NCBI GenBank assembly: GCA_900556935.1
Contig: USQL01000001.1
Coordinates: 1 to 60,041 of the forward strand
Reading direction: 5' to 3'
DNA: 60,041 nt
Source of the DNA: an uncultured Eubacteriales bacterium
GTDB taxonomy: Bacteria; Bacillota; Clostridia; Oscillospirales; Oscillospiraceae
Shown here: one piece after another, positions 1 to 8,936 of the stretch
Layout: every line of letters starts with the position of its first letter
Position numbering within the stretch: position 1 is the first letter of the stretch
Notes under the pieces: model-generated
The model's database searches: none
Seen by the model: the letters and a program-made list of their open reading frames with translations, nothing else
Told to the model about the DNA's origin: nothing
Program-made: the position numbers and the translations under genes

Positions 1-862
1 CCGTATGACCATCATGACCACCACCTTCATCCCCTGCGGCGCAAAGGTGCCCTTCATTGCCATGATCGCCGGTGCGATCTTCGGCGGCAGCCCCTGGGTC
101 TCCACCGGTGCTTATTTCATCGGTATGGCCGCCATCGTCTGCTCCGGTATTATGCTGAAGAAAACCAAGATGTTCGCCGGTGATCCCGCCCCCTTCGTGA
201 TGGAGCTGCCTCCTTATCACATCCCCACCTTGGGCAATGTGCTCCGCTCCACCTGGGAGCGTGGCTGGTCCTTCATTAAGAAGGCCGGTACCATCATCCT
301 GCTGTCCACCATCGTTGTGTGGTTCACCTCCTACTTTGGCTTCACCGAGGATGGCTTCCGGATGCTGTCCGAGGACGAGCTGAACCTCTCCATCCTGGCC
401 CGCATCGGCAGTGCCATCGCCTGGATCTTCGCGCCTCTTGGCTGGGGCGAGTGGCAGGCAGCCGTTGCCTCCATCACCGGCCTGGTTGCCAAGGAAAACA
501 TCGTCGGCACCATGGGCATCCTGTACGGTGCCTCCGGCAATGTGTATGAGACCCTGGCCGCTACCTTCACCACCATCTCCGGCATGTCCTTCCTGGTGTT
601 CAACCTGCTGTGCGCCCCCTGCTTCGCGGCCATCGGTGCCATCAAGCGGGAGATGAACAACGCCAAGTGGACCTGGTTCGCCATCGGCTATCAGTGCGGC
701 TTTGCCTACTGCGTCAGCCTGATGATCAATCAGTTCGGCGGCCTGTTCACAGGCTCTGTCAATGTCATCGGCCTTGTGGCCGCTCTGGCAGTGCTGGGCT
801 GCATGATTTACATGTTGGTTCGTCCCTACAAGGAAGCTGACAAGCTCACCGCGAGAGTTTAA
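1..862 (+). CDS. feoB: Ferrous iron transport protein B, C-terminal membrane part (5' truncated by window edge)
   Basis: FeoB gate/C-terminal motifs FIPCGAK, PFVMELPPYHIP, FIKKAGTII, LVAKENIVGT and LCAPCFAAIGAI. Confidence 0.95.
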   Translation, partial: RMTIMTTTFIPCGAKVPFIAMIAGAIFGGSPWVSTGAYFIGMAAIVCSGIMLKKTKMFAGDPAPFVMELPPYHIPTLGNVLRSTWERGWSFIKKAGTIILLSTIVVWFTSYFGFTEDGFRMLSEDELNLSILARIGSAIAWIFAPLGWGEWQAAVASITGLVAKENIVGTMGILYGASGNVYETLAATFTTISGMSFLVFNLLCAPCFAAIGAIKREMNNAKWTWFAIGYQCGFAYCVSLMINQFGGLFTGSVNVIGLVAALAVLGCMIYMLVRPYKEADKLTARV

Positions 863-926
863 GAATCCATTTTGCAGGGGACGGTCCGCCGTCCCCTGCA
901 TTTGCGCATGAAAGAAAGGAACCATT

Positions 927-1064
927 ATGGGAACTGTGATTGTCCTTGCTGTCCTGGTTGTGATTGTCGGCCTGATTGTCGCCGGCATGGTCCGGGACAA
1001 GAAAAACGGCAAGCATTCCTGCGGCGGAGATTGCTCCAGCTGCGGCGGGTGCAGTCATAAATAA
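927..1064 (+). CDS. FeoB-associated Cys-rich small membrane protein (45 aa; not in ORF track)
   Basis: RBS GAAAGGA, ATG at 927. MGTVIVLAVLVVIVGLIVAGMVRDKKNGKHSCGGDCSSCGGCSHK*: one TM helix plus a Cys-rich tail, directly after feoB. Confidence 0.88.
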   Translation: MGTVIVLAVLVVIVGLIVAGMVRDKKNGKHSCGGDCSSCGGCSHK

Positions 1065-1076
1065 GAAACACCCCAA

Positions 1077-1100
1077 GGGGCTGCCTCACACGGCAGCCCC
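1077..1100 (+). terminator. Stem-loop after the feo genes
   Basis: GGGGCTGCC-tcacac-GGCAGCCCC inverted repeat. Confidence 0.6.
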
Positions 1101-1190
1101 TTAAAAATTAAGCGCCCGTACCCTTGTGCAAATCCCGTTTCCGGTATATAATAACGAAAAACCCCAAATCAATGGGAAAGAGGAAACAAT

Positions 1191-1967
1191 ATGGAATTTA
1201 AGGTCTTGGCAGTGGGGGATGTGGTGGGCACCCCCGGGATGGAGCGGATTTCGAAAACCCTTCGCGCTCTGAAACGGAAGACAAACGCCGACTTTGTGGT
1301 GGTCAACGGAGAAAACGCCAGCGTGGTGGGCATCACCCCCATGCAGGCGGAGGAGATTCTGGATGCCGGGGCGGATGTGGTCACCTTGGGGAACCACAGC
1401 TTTGGGAAGCGGGAAATCGTCAACTACCTGGAGGATACCTCCCGGGTGCTGCGGCCTGCCAATCTGGCCCCCCAGGCTCCCGGCATCGGTTGGAGCGTTT
1501 ATGAGACGAACGCGGGAGACGTGGCGGTCATTGACCTGATTGGCCGCTGCAACATGGACTACACCCCGGACAATCCCTTTTTGCTGGTGGAAAAAATCCT
1601 GAAAAAGCTGGATACCGGGCTTGTTCTGGTGGAGCTGCACGCGGAGGCCACCTCGGAGAAGCTGGCCATGGGCTATTTGCTGGACGGACGGGTCAGTGCC
1701 GTCTGGGGCACCCATACCCATGTGCCCACGGCGGATGCCCGGGTGCTGCCCAAGGGCACGGGCTATGTGACGGACCTGGGCATGACCGGCCCCAGGGAAT
1801 CGGTGCTGGGCATCCGGCCGGAGCTGTCCATCGCCCGGTTCCGGGGGGATTTGACCGAGCGCTACCGCTGGGCGGAGGGCCCCACCAAGCTGGAAGGGGT
1901 GCTCTTTACCCTGGATGCGGCCACGGGGAAGTGCCTGCGGGCGGAAAGGGTTGACCAGTGGGACTGA
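1191..1967 (+). CDS. ymdB: YmdB/TIGR00282-family metallophosphoesterase
   Basis: GDVVG, NGEN, TLGNH, HAEATSEK, GTHTHV and TDLGMTGP motifs. Confidence 0.92.
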   Translation: MEFKVLAVGDVVGTPGMERISKTLRALKRKTNADFVVVNGENASVVGITPMQAEEILDAGADVVTLGNHSFGKREIVNYLEDTSRVLRPANLAPQAPGIGWSVYETNAGDVAVIDLIGRCNMDYTPDNPFLLVEKILKKLDTGLVLVELHAEATSEKLAMGYLLDGRVSAVWGTHTHVPTADARVLPKGTGYVTDLGMTGPRESVLGIRPELSIARFRGDLTERYRWAEGPTKLEGVLFTLDAATGKCLRAERVDQWD

Positions 1968-3028
1968 AAATACTCCATTCCGGGGATTTCCATCTGGATT
2001 CCCCCTTTACAGGCTTCCCGGAGAAGACCCGGGCCATGCTGCGGCAGGCCCAGCGGCGGCTTCCCGAGGAACTGGTTCGGCTTTGCCGGGAGGCACAGGC
2101 ACAGCTGGTGCTTCTGGCGGGGGACGTGTTCGACGGCCCCTACAGCCGTCAGACGGCGGCGCTTTTGGCCCAGTGCCTGGAGGACTGCGCCGTTCCGGTG
2201 CTGATTGCCCCGGGAAACCACGATTTTGTGAGCCCCGCTTCCCCCTGGCAGCAGGAGCTCTGGCCGGAGAATGTGCATGTTTTCCGGGGAAATCTCAGCT
2301 ATGTGGATTTGGAAGAGCTGGATTGCCGGGTCTATGGGGCGGGCTACACCTCCATGGATTGCCCGGGGCTGCTGGAGGGCTTTCACGCGGAACGGGCCTT
2401 TGCCCATACTCTGGGGGTCCTCCACGGGGACGCGGTCAGCGGCAAAAGCCCCTACTGTCCGGTGACGGCGGGGCAGGTGGCAGCGTCAAACCTTGACTAT
2501 CTGGCCCTGGGCCATATTCACAAGGGCAGCAGCTTTACGGCGGGGAATACCATGTGCGCCTGGCCCGGCTGCCCCATGGGCAGAGGTTGGGATGAGACGG
2601 GGCGAAAGGGGATGCTTCTGGCGGAGCTGGGGGACACCGTGACCCTGAAAACCCTGCCTGTCAGGAGCCCCGCGTTTTTGGAGGAGACGGTGGACATTAC
2701 ATTGGAGGGGCCCCAGGCCCTCCAAAGGGTCCTGCCGCCGGTGGACAACGGGGACCTGTACCGGGTAACGCTGACGGGCAGGGGAAGCCCGGACCCGGAA
2801 GCCATCCGGGCCCAATTTTCCCATCTTGAAAACCTGGAGCTGCGGGACAGAACCCGCCCGCCCCTGGACCCCTGGGCGTATGTCGGCGAAAACAGCCTGA
2901 GAGGGGTCTATATGGGCCTTTTGAAAGAAAAATATGACCGTTCCCAGCCGGAGGAGGCGGAGACGGCCTACCTGGCGGCGGAGCTGGCGGCAAGGCTCTT
3001 AGAGGGGGAGGAGGTGATGCTTCCGTGA
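1958..3028 (+). CDS. Mre11/SbcD-like DNA repair exonuclease (YhaO-like)
   Basis: DFHLD, AGDVFD, PGNHD, HG and LALGHIH phosphoesterase motifs; start overlaps the ymdB stop. Confidence 0.88.
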   Translation: MGLKILHSGDFHLDSPFTGFPEKTRAMLRQAQRRLPEELVRLCREAQAQLVLLAGDVFDGPYSRQTAALLAQCLEDCAVPVLIAPGNHDFVSPASPWQQELWPENVHVFRGNLSYVDLEELDCRVYGAGYTSMDCPGLLEGFHAERAFAHTLGVLHGDAVSGKSPYCPVTAGQVAASNLDYLALGHIHKGSSFTAGNTMCAWPGCPMGRGWDETGRKGMLLAELGDTVTLKTLPVRSPAFLEETVDITLEGPQALQRVLPPVDNGDLYRVTLTGRGSPDPEAIRAQFSHLENLELRDRTRPPLDPWAYVGENSLRGVYMGLLKEKYDRSQPEEAETAYLAAELAARLLEGEEVMLP

Positions 3029-5148
3029 GAATCGAATCCATGACGGCGACCTTCGGAACGCTGGAGCACCGGACCTTGGAATTCACCCCGGGGCTCAATA
3101 TCCTCTCCGGGGAGAACGAATGGGGCAAAAGCACCTGGTGCGCCTTTCTGCTTGCCATGCTCTATGGCCTGGATACCCGGGCCAAAACCACAAGGTCGGC
3201 CCTTTCCCCCAAGGAGCGCTATACCCCCTGGTCCGGAAGCCCCATGTCCGGCACCGTGGCCCTCAACTGGAACGGCAGACGCGTCACCCTGGAGCGGACC
3301 ACCAAGGGCCGCGTCCCCATGGGGGCCTTCCGGGCCTACGAGACGGAGACCGGGCTGCCGGTGCCGGAGCTGACGGCGGACAACTGCGGCCAGACCCTTC
3401 TGGGAGTGGAGCGGGAGGTATTCTGCAGGGCCGGGTTTATCCGGCAGGAGGAGATGCCCGTGACCCAGAGCGAGGCTCTGCGGGCCCGGCTCAACGCTCT
3501 GGTCACCACCGGCGACGAGGGGGTTGACGAGGCGGCCCTCGCCCGGAAGCTCAAGGAGCTGAAAAACAAATGCCGCTTCAATCAGTCGGGGCTTCTGCCC
3601 CAGGCGGAAAAGCAGCTGCGGGAGCTGGAGGAGGCACTCAGGGAGCGGGAACGGCTGGAGGGGGAGATTTCCCGTCTGGAAGGGCAGCTTGCCCTGACGG
3701 AGGCGTATCTCCAATCCCTCAAAACCCATCAGGCCGCCCTGGACTATGCCAAGGCATCCATGGATGCCCGCCAGGTACAGAAAGCTCGGGCCGAGGCGGA
3801 AAAGGCCGCCCGGGAGGCGGACAAAATGGAGGAAATCTGCGCGGACCTCCCCACCCGGGCCGAGGCGGAAAAGCGTCTGCGGGACCTGGCCGCCCACATG
3901 AACGCCTGGAACGAGGCGGGGACGGAGCGAAGCCGGTGCGCCCAGATGCCGGAGCTGCCCCAGGCACCGGAGGTGTTCCGGGGCCTGAGCGGCGAGCAGG
4001 CGCTCCAAAAGGCCCGGGAGGACGGAAAGGCCTACCACTCCATTGTGGGCCGGGGCTTCTGGACCTTCCTGATTCTGGCCGCCCTGGGCATTCTCGGGGG
4101 GCTGGTGCTGCTGCTGGGCTTTGGAGCGCTGATTCCGGCCCTGGTATGCTTTGGCGTTGGAACGCTGCTGCTGGCGGTGTCCCTGCTGGTGGGCAGCCGG
4201 GAGAAGGAAAAGCAAAAGGCCCTGGCCATCCCCTACGGCGGCGGAACGCCGGATGCTTGGGAGGCCAAGGCCAGAACCTATGCCGATGCCTTGCAGCGGT
4301 ATTACAATGAAAAACAGGACTGGACCCACCGTCAGACGGAGCTGGAGCAGCAGCTCCAGGGCCTGCGGGACCAGCGGAAATTCCTGTGCGAGGGCCGGGA
4401 GCCCCGGGAAATGGAGGAGCTGTGCCGCCAGGTGCTCTCCGCCTGGGACACGTTGGAGGTCCTTCGTGGCCGGAAGGAGACGGCCCAGCGCCATCTGGAA
4501 ACCCTTTCGGCCATGGCCGCCAAGGAAACAACGCCTGTTCAGGATGAGCTTACCCTGTCCCCGGAGGAGACGGATGCCGAGCGCCAGGCCGCCCAGGAGC
4601 GGGTAACCAATCTCAGCCTCCTTTTGGGCGGGGAGAGAAGCCGCCTGGAGGCCCTGGGCAGCCGGGAAAGCCTGGAAACAGCCCGCACCCAGACCCGGGA
4701 GCGGGTTCAGAGCCTACAGCGCTATTACGATGCCCTGACCCTGGCCCAGCAGACCCTGACGGAGGCAAGCCAAAGCCTGCAGCGCCGGTTTGCCCCTCAG
4801 ATTTCCGAAAAGGCCCAGAAATGGATGTCCGCCATGACAGACGGACGCTACAATCGGCTGCTGCTCAGCGAGGATTTGACCTTGCGGGCCGGTGCGGAGG
4901 GGGAAACCACCCTGCGGGAGGTCCTGTGCCGCAGCAGCGGCACGGAGGACCAGCTGTACCTTGCCCTCCGCCTGGCCGTCGCGGAGACCATCGCCCCGGA
5001 GGCCCCCCTGATTCTGGACGATGCCCTGGTCCGCTTTGACGACACCCGCATGTCCCGCGCCATGGAGGTCCTGAAAGAAATCAGCCGGGACAAGCAGGTA
5101 ATCCTCTTCTCCTGCCAGAGCAGAGAAAAGAGCCTGTACGGTACATAA
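3025..5148 (+). CDS. Rad50/SbcC-like coiled-coil ATPase with central TM hairpin (YhaN/SbcE-like)
   Basis: N-terminal Walker A GENEWGKST, long coiled coil, two hydrophobic segments mid-protein, C-terminal SSGTEDQLYLALRLA and LILDDALVRFDD (Walker B/D-loop). Confidence 0.85.
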   Translation: MRIESMTATFGTLEHRTLEFTPGLNILSGENEWGKSTWCAFLLAMLYGLDTRAKTTRSALSPKERYTPWSGSPMSGTVALNWNGRRVTLERTTKGRVPMGAFRAYETETGLPVPELTADNCGQTLLGVEREVFCRAGFIRQEEMPVTQSEALRARLNALVTTGDEGVDEAALARKLKELKNKCRFNQSGLLPQAEKQLRELEEALRERERLEGEISRLEGQLALTEAYLQSLKTHQAALDYAKASMDARQVQKARAEAEKAAREADKMEEICADLPTRAEAEKRLRDLAAHMNAWNEAGTERSRCAQMPELPQAPEVFRGLSGEQALQKAREDGKAYHSIVGRGFWTFLILAALGILGGLVLLLGFGALIPALVCFGVGTLLLAVSLLVGSREKEKQKALAIPYGGGTPDAWEAKARTYADALQRYYNEKQDWTHRQTELEQQLQGLRDQRKFLCEGREPREMEELCRQVLSAWDTLEVLRGRKETAQRHLETLSAMAAKETTPVQDELTLSPEETDAERQAAQERVTNLSLLLGGERSRLEALGSRESLETARTQTRERVQSLQRYYDALTLAQQTLTEASQSLQRRFAPQISEKAQKWMSAMTDGRYNRLLLSEDLTLRAGAEGETTLREVLCRSSGTEDQLYLALRLAVAETIAPEAPLILDDALVRFDDTRMSRAMEVLKEISRDKQVILFSCQSREKSLYGT

Positions 5149-5176
5149 AAAGGGCGGTGCGTCGCGCAGCACAAAA

Positions 5177-5765
5177 GCTTCCCCTCCGGGGAAGCTGGCT
5201 CGGCGTAGCCGAGACTGATGAGGGCGGCACAGACTGACGGAATTAGAAAGCCCGGGCGAATTCGTATACCCCCGGACACAAGCCCAAAAAGCCTTCTCAG
5301 GCTTCCGAAGGTCCCCGCCGCAGCGGGGGAATGTGGAGGGGACACCTATAACAAGTGCCGAAGTTGGTAAGAAAATATAGCGAAAACGCGGAATTTATAG
5401 CTTTCAACGTCTTTTTCAGCACGGCAATCCCGCAAGGTGTCCCCTCCACATCCGCCTGCCGGCACCTTCGGAAGCCTGAGAAGGCAGAGGGCTTTGGCTT
5501 TCAGGTTATACGAATTCGCCCAAAGTTTCTCCGCACCGGTTCTGCGTACCGCCCCTCATCCACCGCTGAGGCGGTCCCCCTTCCCCGGCGGGGAAGGTTA
5601 TAGGTTTCCGTCTGGGGGTATACGAATTTGCCCGGGCTTTTTAATTCCGGCAGTCTGTACCGCCCCTCATCCCTGAATTATGGTATAGCTGCCACCGGCA
5701 GCTATTTTAATTTAAGATTCGCAGCGCGGAGCACCACGCTGCGGCGGTCCCCCTTCAGGGGAGCC
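5177..5765. repeat. Cluster of nested REP-like inverted repeats between convergent genes
   Basis: 5217-5277 pairs with 5610-5671, and 5291-5347 pairs with 5435-5485. Recurring CCCCTCATC and GCGGTCCCCCTTC units; ends in CCCTTCAGGGGAGCC as in the 25774 element. Confidence 0.8.
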
Positions 5766-5775
5766 GTAGATGTTT

Positions 5776-6225
5776 TTATTGCTCTGTGATCCTATAAACC
5801 CCATACCCCACAGCCGCGCCCAGGAGGTTGAGAATCAAATCGTCAATGTCGCAGGTGCCTACGATGAAGAGAACCTGCAGAATTTCCACGCAGCACACGG
5901 TGACGCAGACCGCGAGAAGCGTCAGGAAAAAGCCGCGGAGCTTTGAAAACAGTGCGGGCAGAAAATAGCCCAGGGGGACGAACAAAAGGACATTCCCCAG
6001 CAGATTGTGCAGGGCAATCTTCACAAGATAGGGCCGCACCGGCGGCACCAGAAGCCGGGAAAATCGGCGGATGGTCCGGAAGGGGACGAGATTCAGATGG
6101 GTCCTGAGATACTCGGGGAAGGGCAGCCCACGCTCGTTGGGCATCCTGGCAAAGAGGAGAAAAAGCATGATAAGGCAGTAAAGAAAAAAGACAATGGCTT
6201 TTTTTCGGTGCCCGGTCTGTTCCAT
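5776..6225 (-). CDS. VanZ family membrane protein
   Basis: NLVPFRTI, GNVLLFVPLG, EILQ and DIDDLILNLLG motifs; RBS AAGGGGG before ATG at 6225. Confidence 0.9.
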   Translation of the reverse strand: MEQTGHRKKAIVFFLYCLIMLFLLFARMPNERGLPFPEYLRTHLNLVPFRTIRRFSRLLVPPVRPYLVKIALHNLLGNVLLFVPLGYFLPALFSKLRGFFLTLLAVCVTVCCVEILQVLFIVGTCDIDDLILNLLGAAVGYGVYRITEQ

Positions 6226-6342
6226 TGCGTGTCCCCCTTTCGAAAAAATCCAAATCATTATATCAGATAGTGCTCAGAAAGGCAAGCGTGGTAATTTCCT
6301 ATATTTTGGGCCTATTTTACACAGTTGTAAGGAGAAAAAACC

Positions 6343-6753
6343 ATGGTACAGCCAATTTGCAAGGATTTATTTTTACTAAGCCGCCCCGCGCGGCCCGCCC
6401 TTCCCGAGGACGAGCCCATTGCGCGGGATTTATTGGACACCCTCCAGGCCCACCGGGAAGGGTGCGTGGGCATGGCGGCCAACATGATTGGCCAGCCCGT
6501 CCGCGTCATTGCTGTTGACTGCGGCGGAGAGCTCCTTTTGATGCGCAATCCGGAGATCTTAAAGGCCGAGGGGGCCTACGAAGCCGAAGAGGGGTGCCTG
6601 TCCTTAGAGGGCACCCGGAGGACAACCCGGTACCAAAAAATCAAGGTTCGCTACCAAAACGAGGCCTTTCAAACCCGCGTCAAAACCTTCCGGGGTTTTC
6701 CCGCCCAGATTATCCAGCACGAGTGTGATCACCTGAAAGGAAAGATTATCTAA
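6343..6753 (+). CDS. def: Short peptide deformylase paralog
   Basis: CVGMAANMIG, EGCLS and QHECDH motifs; 136 aa. Confidence 0.85.
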   Translation: MVQPICKDLFLLSRPARPALPEDEPIARDLLDTLQAHREGCVGMAANMIGQPVRVIAVDCGGELLLMRNPEILKAEGAYEAEEGCLSLEGTRRTTRYQKIKVRYQNEAFQTRVKTFRGFPAQIIQHECDHLKGKII

Positions 6754-6761
6754 AAGAATAC

Positions 6762-6837
6762 ATGGGGCTGTTAAGAAAAGCTGCCATAGCCACACCGGCG
6801 TGGTTCGCAATGACAGATTGTTCTCTAACAGCCCCAT
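6762..6837. mobile_element. Short copy of the GGGGCTGTT...AACAGCCCC MITE/REP-like element
   Basis: Terminal inverted repeat ATGGGGCTGTT / AACAGCCCCAT. Internal GGTTCGCAATGACAG is the reverse complement of the CTGTCATTGCGAACC core at 24726 and 31227. Confidence 0.7.
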
Positions 6838-6840
6838 TTT

Positions 6841-7416
6841 TCATTCCTTCTGCCCGTGAATCCACTTGTGGGCCTGGACGGCAATTTCCGGCAGAAGGTC
6901 GTATAGAATCATCAGGTCCCCGTTTTTCCGGGAGAGGGTTTCTTCATTGACAGGAATGTAGGTGATATCGTTGATGTCCAGCTTTTTGGGAGCATCCTGT
7001 AGAAACAGGTCCCAGGCGGCCTGTTCCAGGGCCTTTTCGGGGGAGAGGGCGGCAAAGGCACGGCGCTTTTTGGTCATGCGCTGCCAGGTGCCAGCAAGGC
7101 CCAGAATGCCGCAGACCACCATGGCAAGGCCCAGAAGCCGCAGCGCGCCCTCTCCGTTCCAGGTGAGAACGGCTAAAAGAACCCCCACGACCAGGGCGGC
7201 GGCAAAGGGGAGCATAGCCTTCCGGAGGGCTTTCCCGTTGTGAAGCGTCTCCTCCAGGTGGGCTTTGGCGCAGTCGCCGCAGACGCAGAAGTCCTCAAAA
7301 TCCCCCAGGGCCTGGACGCGCTTGTCGCCCTTCAGGTCTCTTATATGGAGGGTCAGGACCTGCAGCACGTGAAAGGGGTAGTCGCCTGTTTCAGTATGAC
7401 AGTGAATACATTGCAT
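6841..7416 (-). CDS. Hypothetical membrane protein with Cys pairs (191 aa)
   Basis: RBS AAGGAG, ATG at 7416 (MQCIHCHT...). CxxC and CxCxxC followed by two TM helices. Confidence 0.7.
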   Translation of the reverse strand: MQCIHCHTETGDYPFHVLQVLTLHIRDLKGDKRVQALGDFEDFCVCGDCAKAHLEETLHNGKALRKAMLPFAAALVVGVLLAVLTWNGEGALRLLGLAMVVCGILGLAGTWQRMTKKRRAFAALSPEKALEQAAWDLFLQDAPKKLDINDITYIPVNEETLSRKNGDLMILYDLLPEIAVQAHKWIHGQKE

Positions 7417-7435
7417 AAGAAATCTCCTTGATGGG

Positions 7436-7465
7436 AAAAGGGGCGCTGCTGAAAGCAGCGCCCCT
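7436..7465 (-). terminator. Stem-loop after the 2HCT transporter
   Basis: AGGGGCGCTGCT-gaa-AGCAGCGCCCCT, followed by a U-run on the minus strand. Confidence 0.7.
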
Positions 7466-7478
7466 AAAATTTTGCCGT

Positions 7479-8879
7479 TTACAGCAGATGTGCCATGGTG
7501 GAGAGCATCACGCTGCCCAGCAGCAGGATGATGGCACCGCCCAGACGGGAGGAGATCTGCGCGAAGGGCATCAGCTCCATGCGGTTTGCGGCGGACAGAA
7601 CAGCCACGTCGCCGGTGCCGCCCATGTTGGACATGCACAGGCCGGCGGTCAGGCCGGACTCTACGGGGTAGAAGCCCACGAACTTGCCGACGATGGCAGC
7701 GCCGAAGAAGGCACCCAGGCAGGTGACCAGGCACATGACCAGGTACTGCACGGTGAAGCTGTCGATGACCTTGCCAATATCCAGATAGCACAGGCCGATG
7801 CCGACAAGCAACGTAGCGGTCAGGTTCTTCATGATGAACTGGAACCACTGATAGCAGGCAACCTCAATCCGCTCGGGGATGATCTGGGTAATCTTGCAGA
7901 TGGCCACGGTGATGATCATCCAGGCGTAGGCGTGGATGGAGACCTTGGGAACCAGCGTGCTCCAGCCCTTGGCCACGATGTAGCCCCAGGCGAAGAAGGT
8001 GCAGGAGACGAACAGGCCGATGCCCAGGTTGGTGATGTCAATCTTGTCGCGCTTGGCCTGCATCTCGGGGCTGATTTCCAGCTCGGCGGGGTCAATGCTG
8101 CCGGCCTGCATCAGCTGGCCCTGGCCGTTCCACTTCTTGCTCTTGATCACCTTAACAACGATACCGGCAATGACGATGGAGATGGCGTTGCCGATGGCGA
8201 CTGCGGGGGTCATGACGGAGAGGGCTTCCTCGGCACTCATGGCACCGGCGGTGTCAAAAATCTTGGACAGGGGAGTAGCGCCCGCGCCCATGCCGCCGCC
8301 CATGATGGGCAGAGCAATCAGCAGCAGAGCCTTGGCCCAGCCGAAGCCGGTGATGGCACCCACAGCGCTGCACAGGGCGAAGGACAGGATCAGGCCGCCG
8401 AAGATGGCGGGGAAATAACGGGCAGCAGCCTTGACCAGCAGCTTCCGGTTCATGCCCAGGATGGAGCCGGTGATCAGGGCGGCGATGTAGAAGTCCAGGA
8501 AAGCGCCGGTGGGCTTGAAGAAGCTGGCGACATTGCCGACCACGTTCGACTGGACGAAGTTGGCGTACACCTTGGTGCCGTCATCCAGGGTCTTCAGCAG
8601 GTGGGGAAGCACATGGAAGTAATCCAGCAGCGCGGAGCCAAAGATAACGACGATGGCACCGCCGCCCAGGTAGGAGCGGATAATGGGGGTGTGGTCACCG
8701 ATTTCGTTCAGAATGGTGCCCAGAACAATCATGAATGCGAAGCAGCCTGCCATGCCGGTGGGCAGCACGCCCAGATAGGTGGCGGCCAGAACGACGACAG
8801 AGAAGATTGCGAAGTAGTACCAGGGCAGATTATACAGCTGGTACGGCTTCTTTTCCAGGGTTTTTCCGTCTTTTGCCAT
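7479..8879 (-). CDS. 2-hydroxycarboxylate transporter (CitS/MaeN/MleP-type malate or citrate carrier)
   Basis: PIMGGGMGAGA, LITGSILGMNRK, NMGGTGDVAVLSA and FAQISSRLGG signature motifs. Confidence 0.93.
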   Translation of the reverse strand: MAKDGKTLEKKPYQLYNLPWYYFAIFSVVVLAATYLGVLPTGMAGCFAFMIVLGTILNEIGDHTPIIRSYLGGGAIVVIFGSALLDYFHVLPHLLKTLDDGTKVYANFVQSNVVGNVASFFKPTGAFLDFYIAALITGSILGMNRKLLVKAAARYFPAIFGGLILSFALCSAVGAITGFGWAKALLLIALPIMGGGMGAGATPLSKIFDTAGAMSAEEALSVMTPAVAIGNAISIVIAGIVVKVIKSKKWNGQGQLMQAGSIDPAELEISPEMQAKRDKIDITNLGIGLFVSCTFFAWGYIVAKGWSTLVPKVSIHAYAWMIITVAICKITQIIPERIEVACYQWFQFIMKNLTATLLVGIGLCYLDIGKVIDSFTVQYLVMCLVTCLGAFFGAAIVGKFVGFYPVESGLTAGLCMSNMGGTGDVAVLSAANRMELMPFAQISSRLGGAIILLLGSVMLSTMAHLL

Positions 8880-8936
8880 GATTAAAATCTCCTTTTCATG
8901 TGGCGCATTGGGTGGATAGATCCTCTTTTGCTGGGG

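Noticed and set aside
5177..5765. CRISPR array, tRNA or protein-coding reading of the repeat region
   Set aside because: The repeats are inverted and nested, not regularly spaced direct repeats. There is no cloverleaf and no cas gene, and the short ORFs are translations of repeats.
5776..6225. Glycopeptide resistance locus
   Set aside because: A lone VanZ-family gene with no vanHAX or vanRS; such genes are widespread.
6841..7848. 335-aa ORF as listed in the track
   Set aside because: Its N-terminal 144 aa overlap the 2HCT gene out of frame and cross a terminator. The real start is the RBS-backed ATG at 7416.
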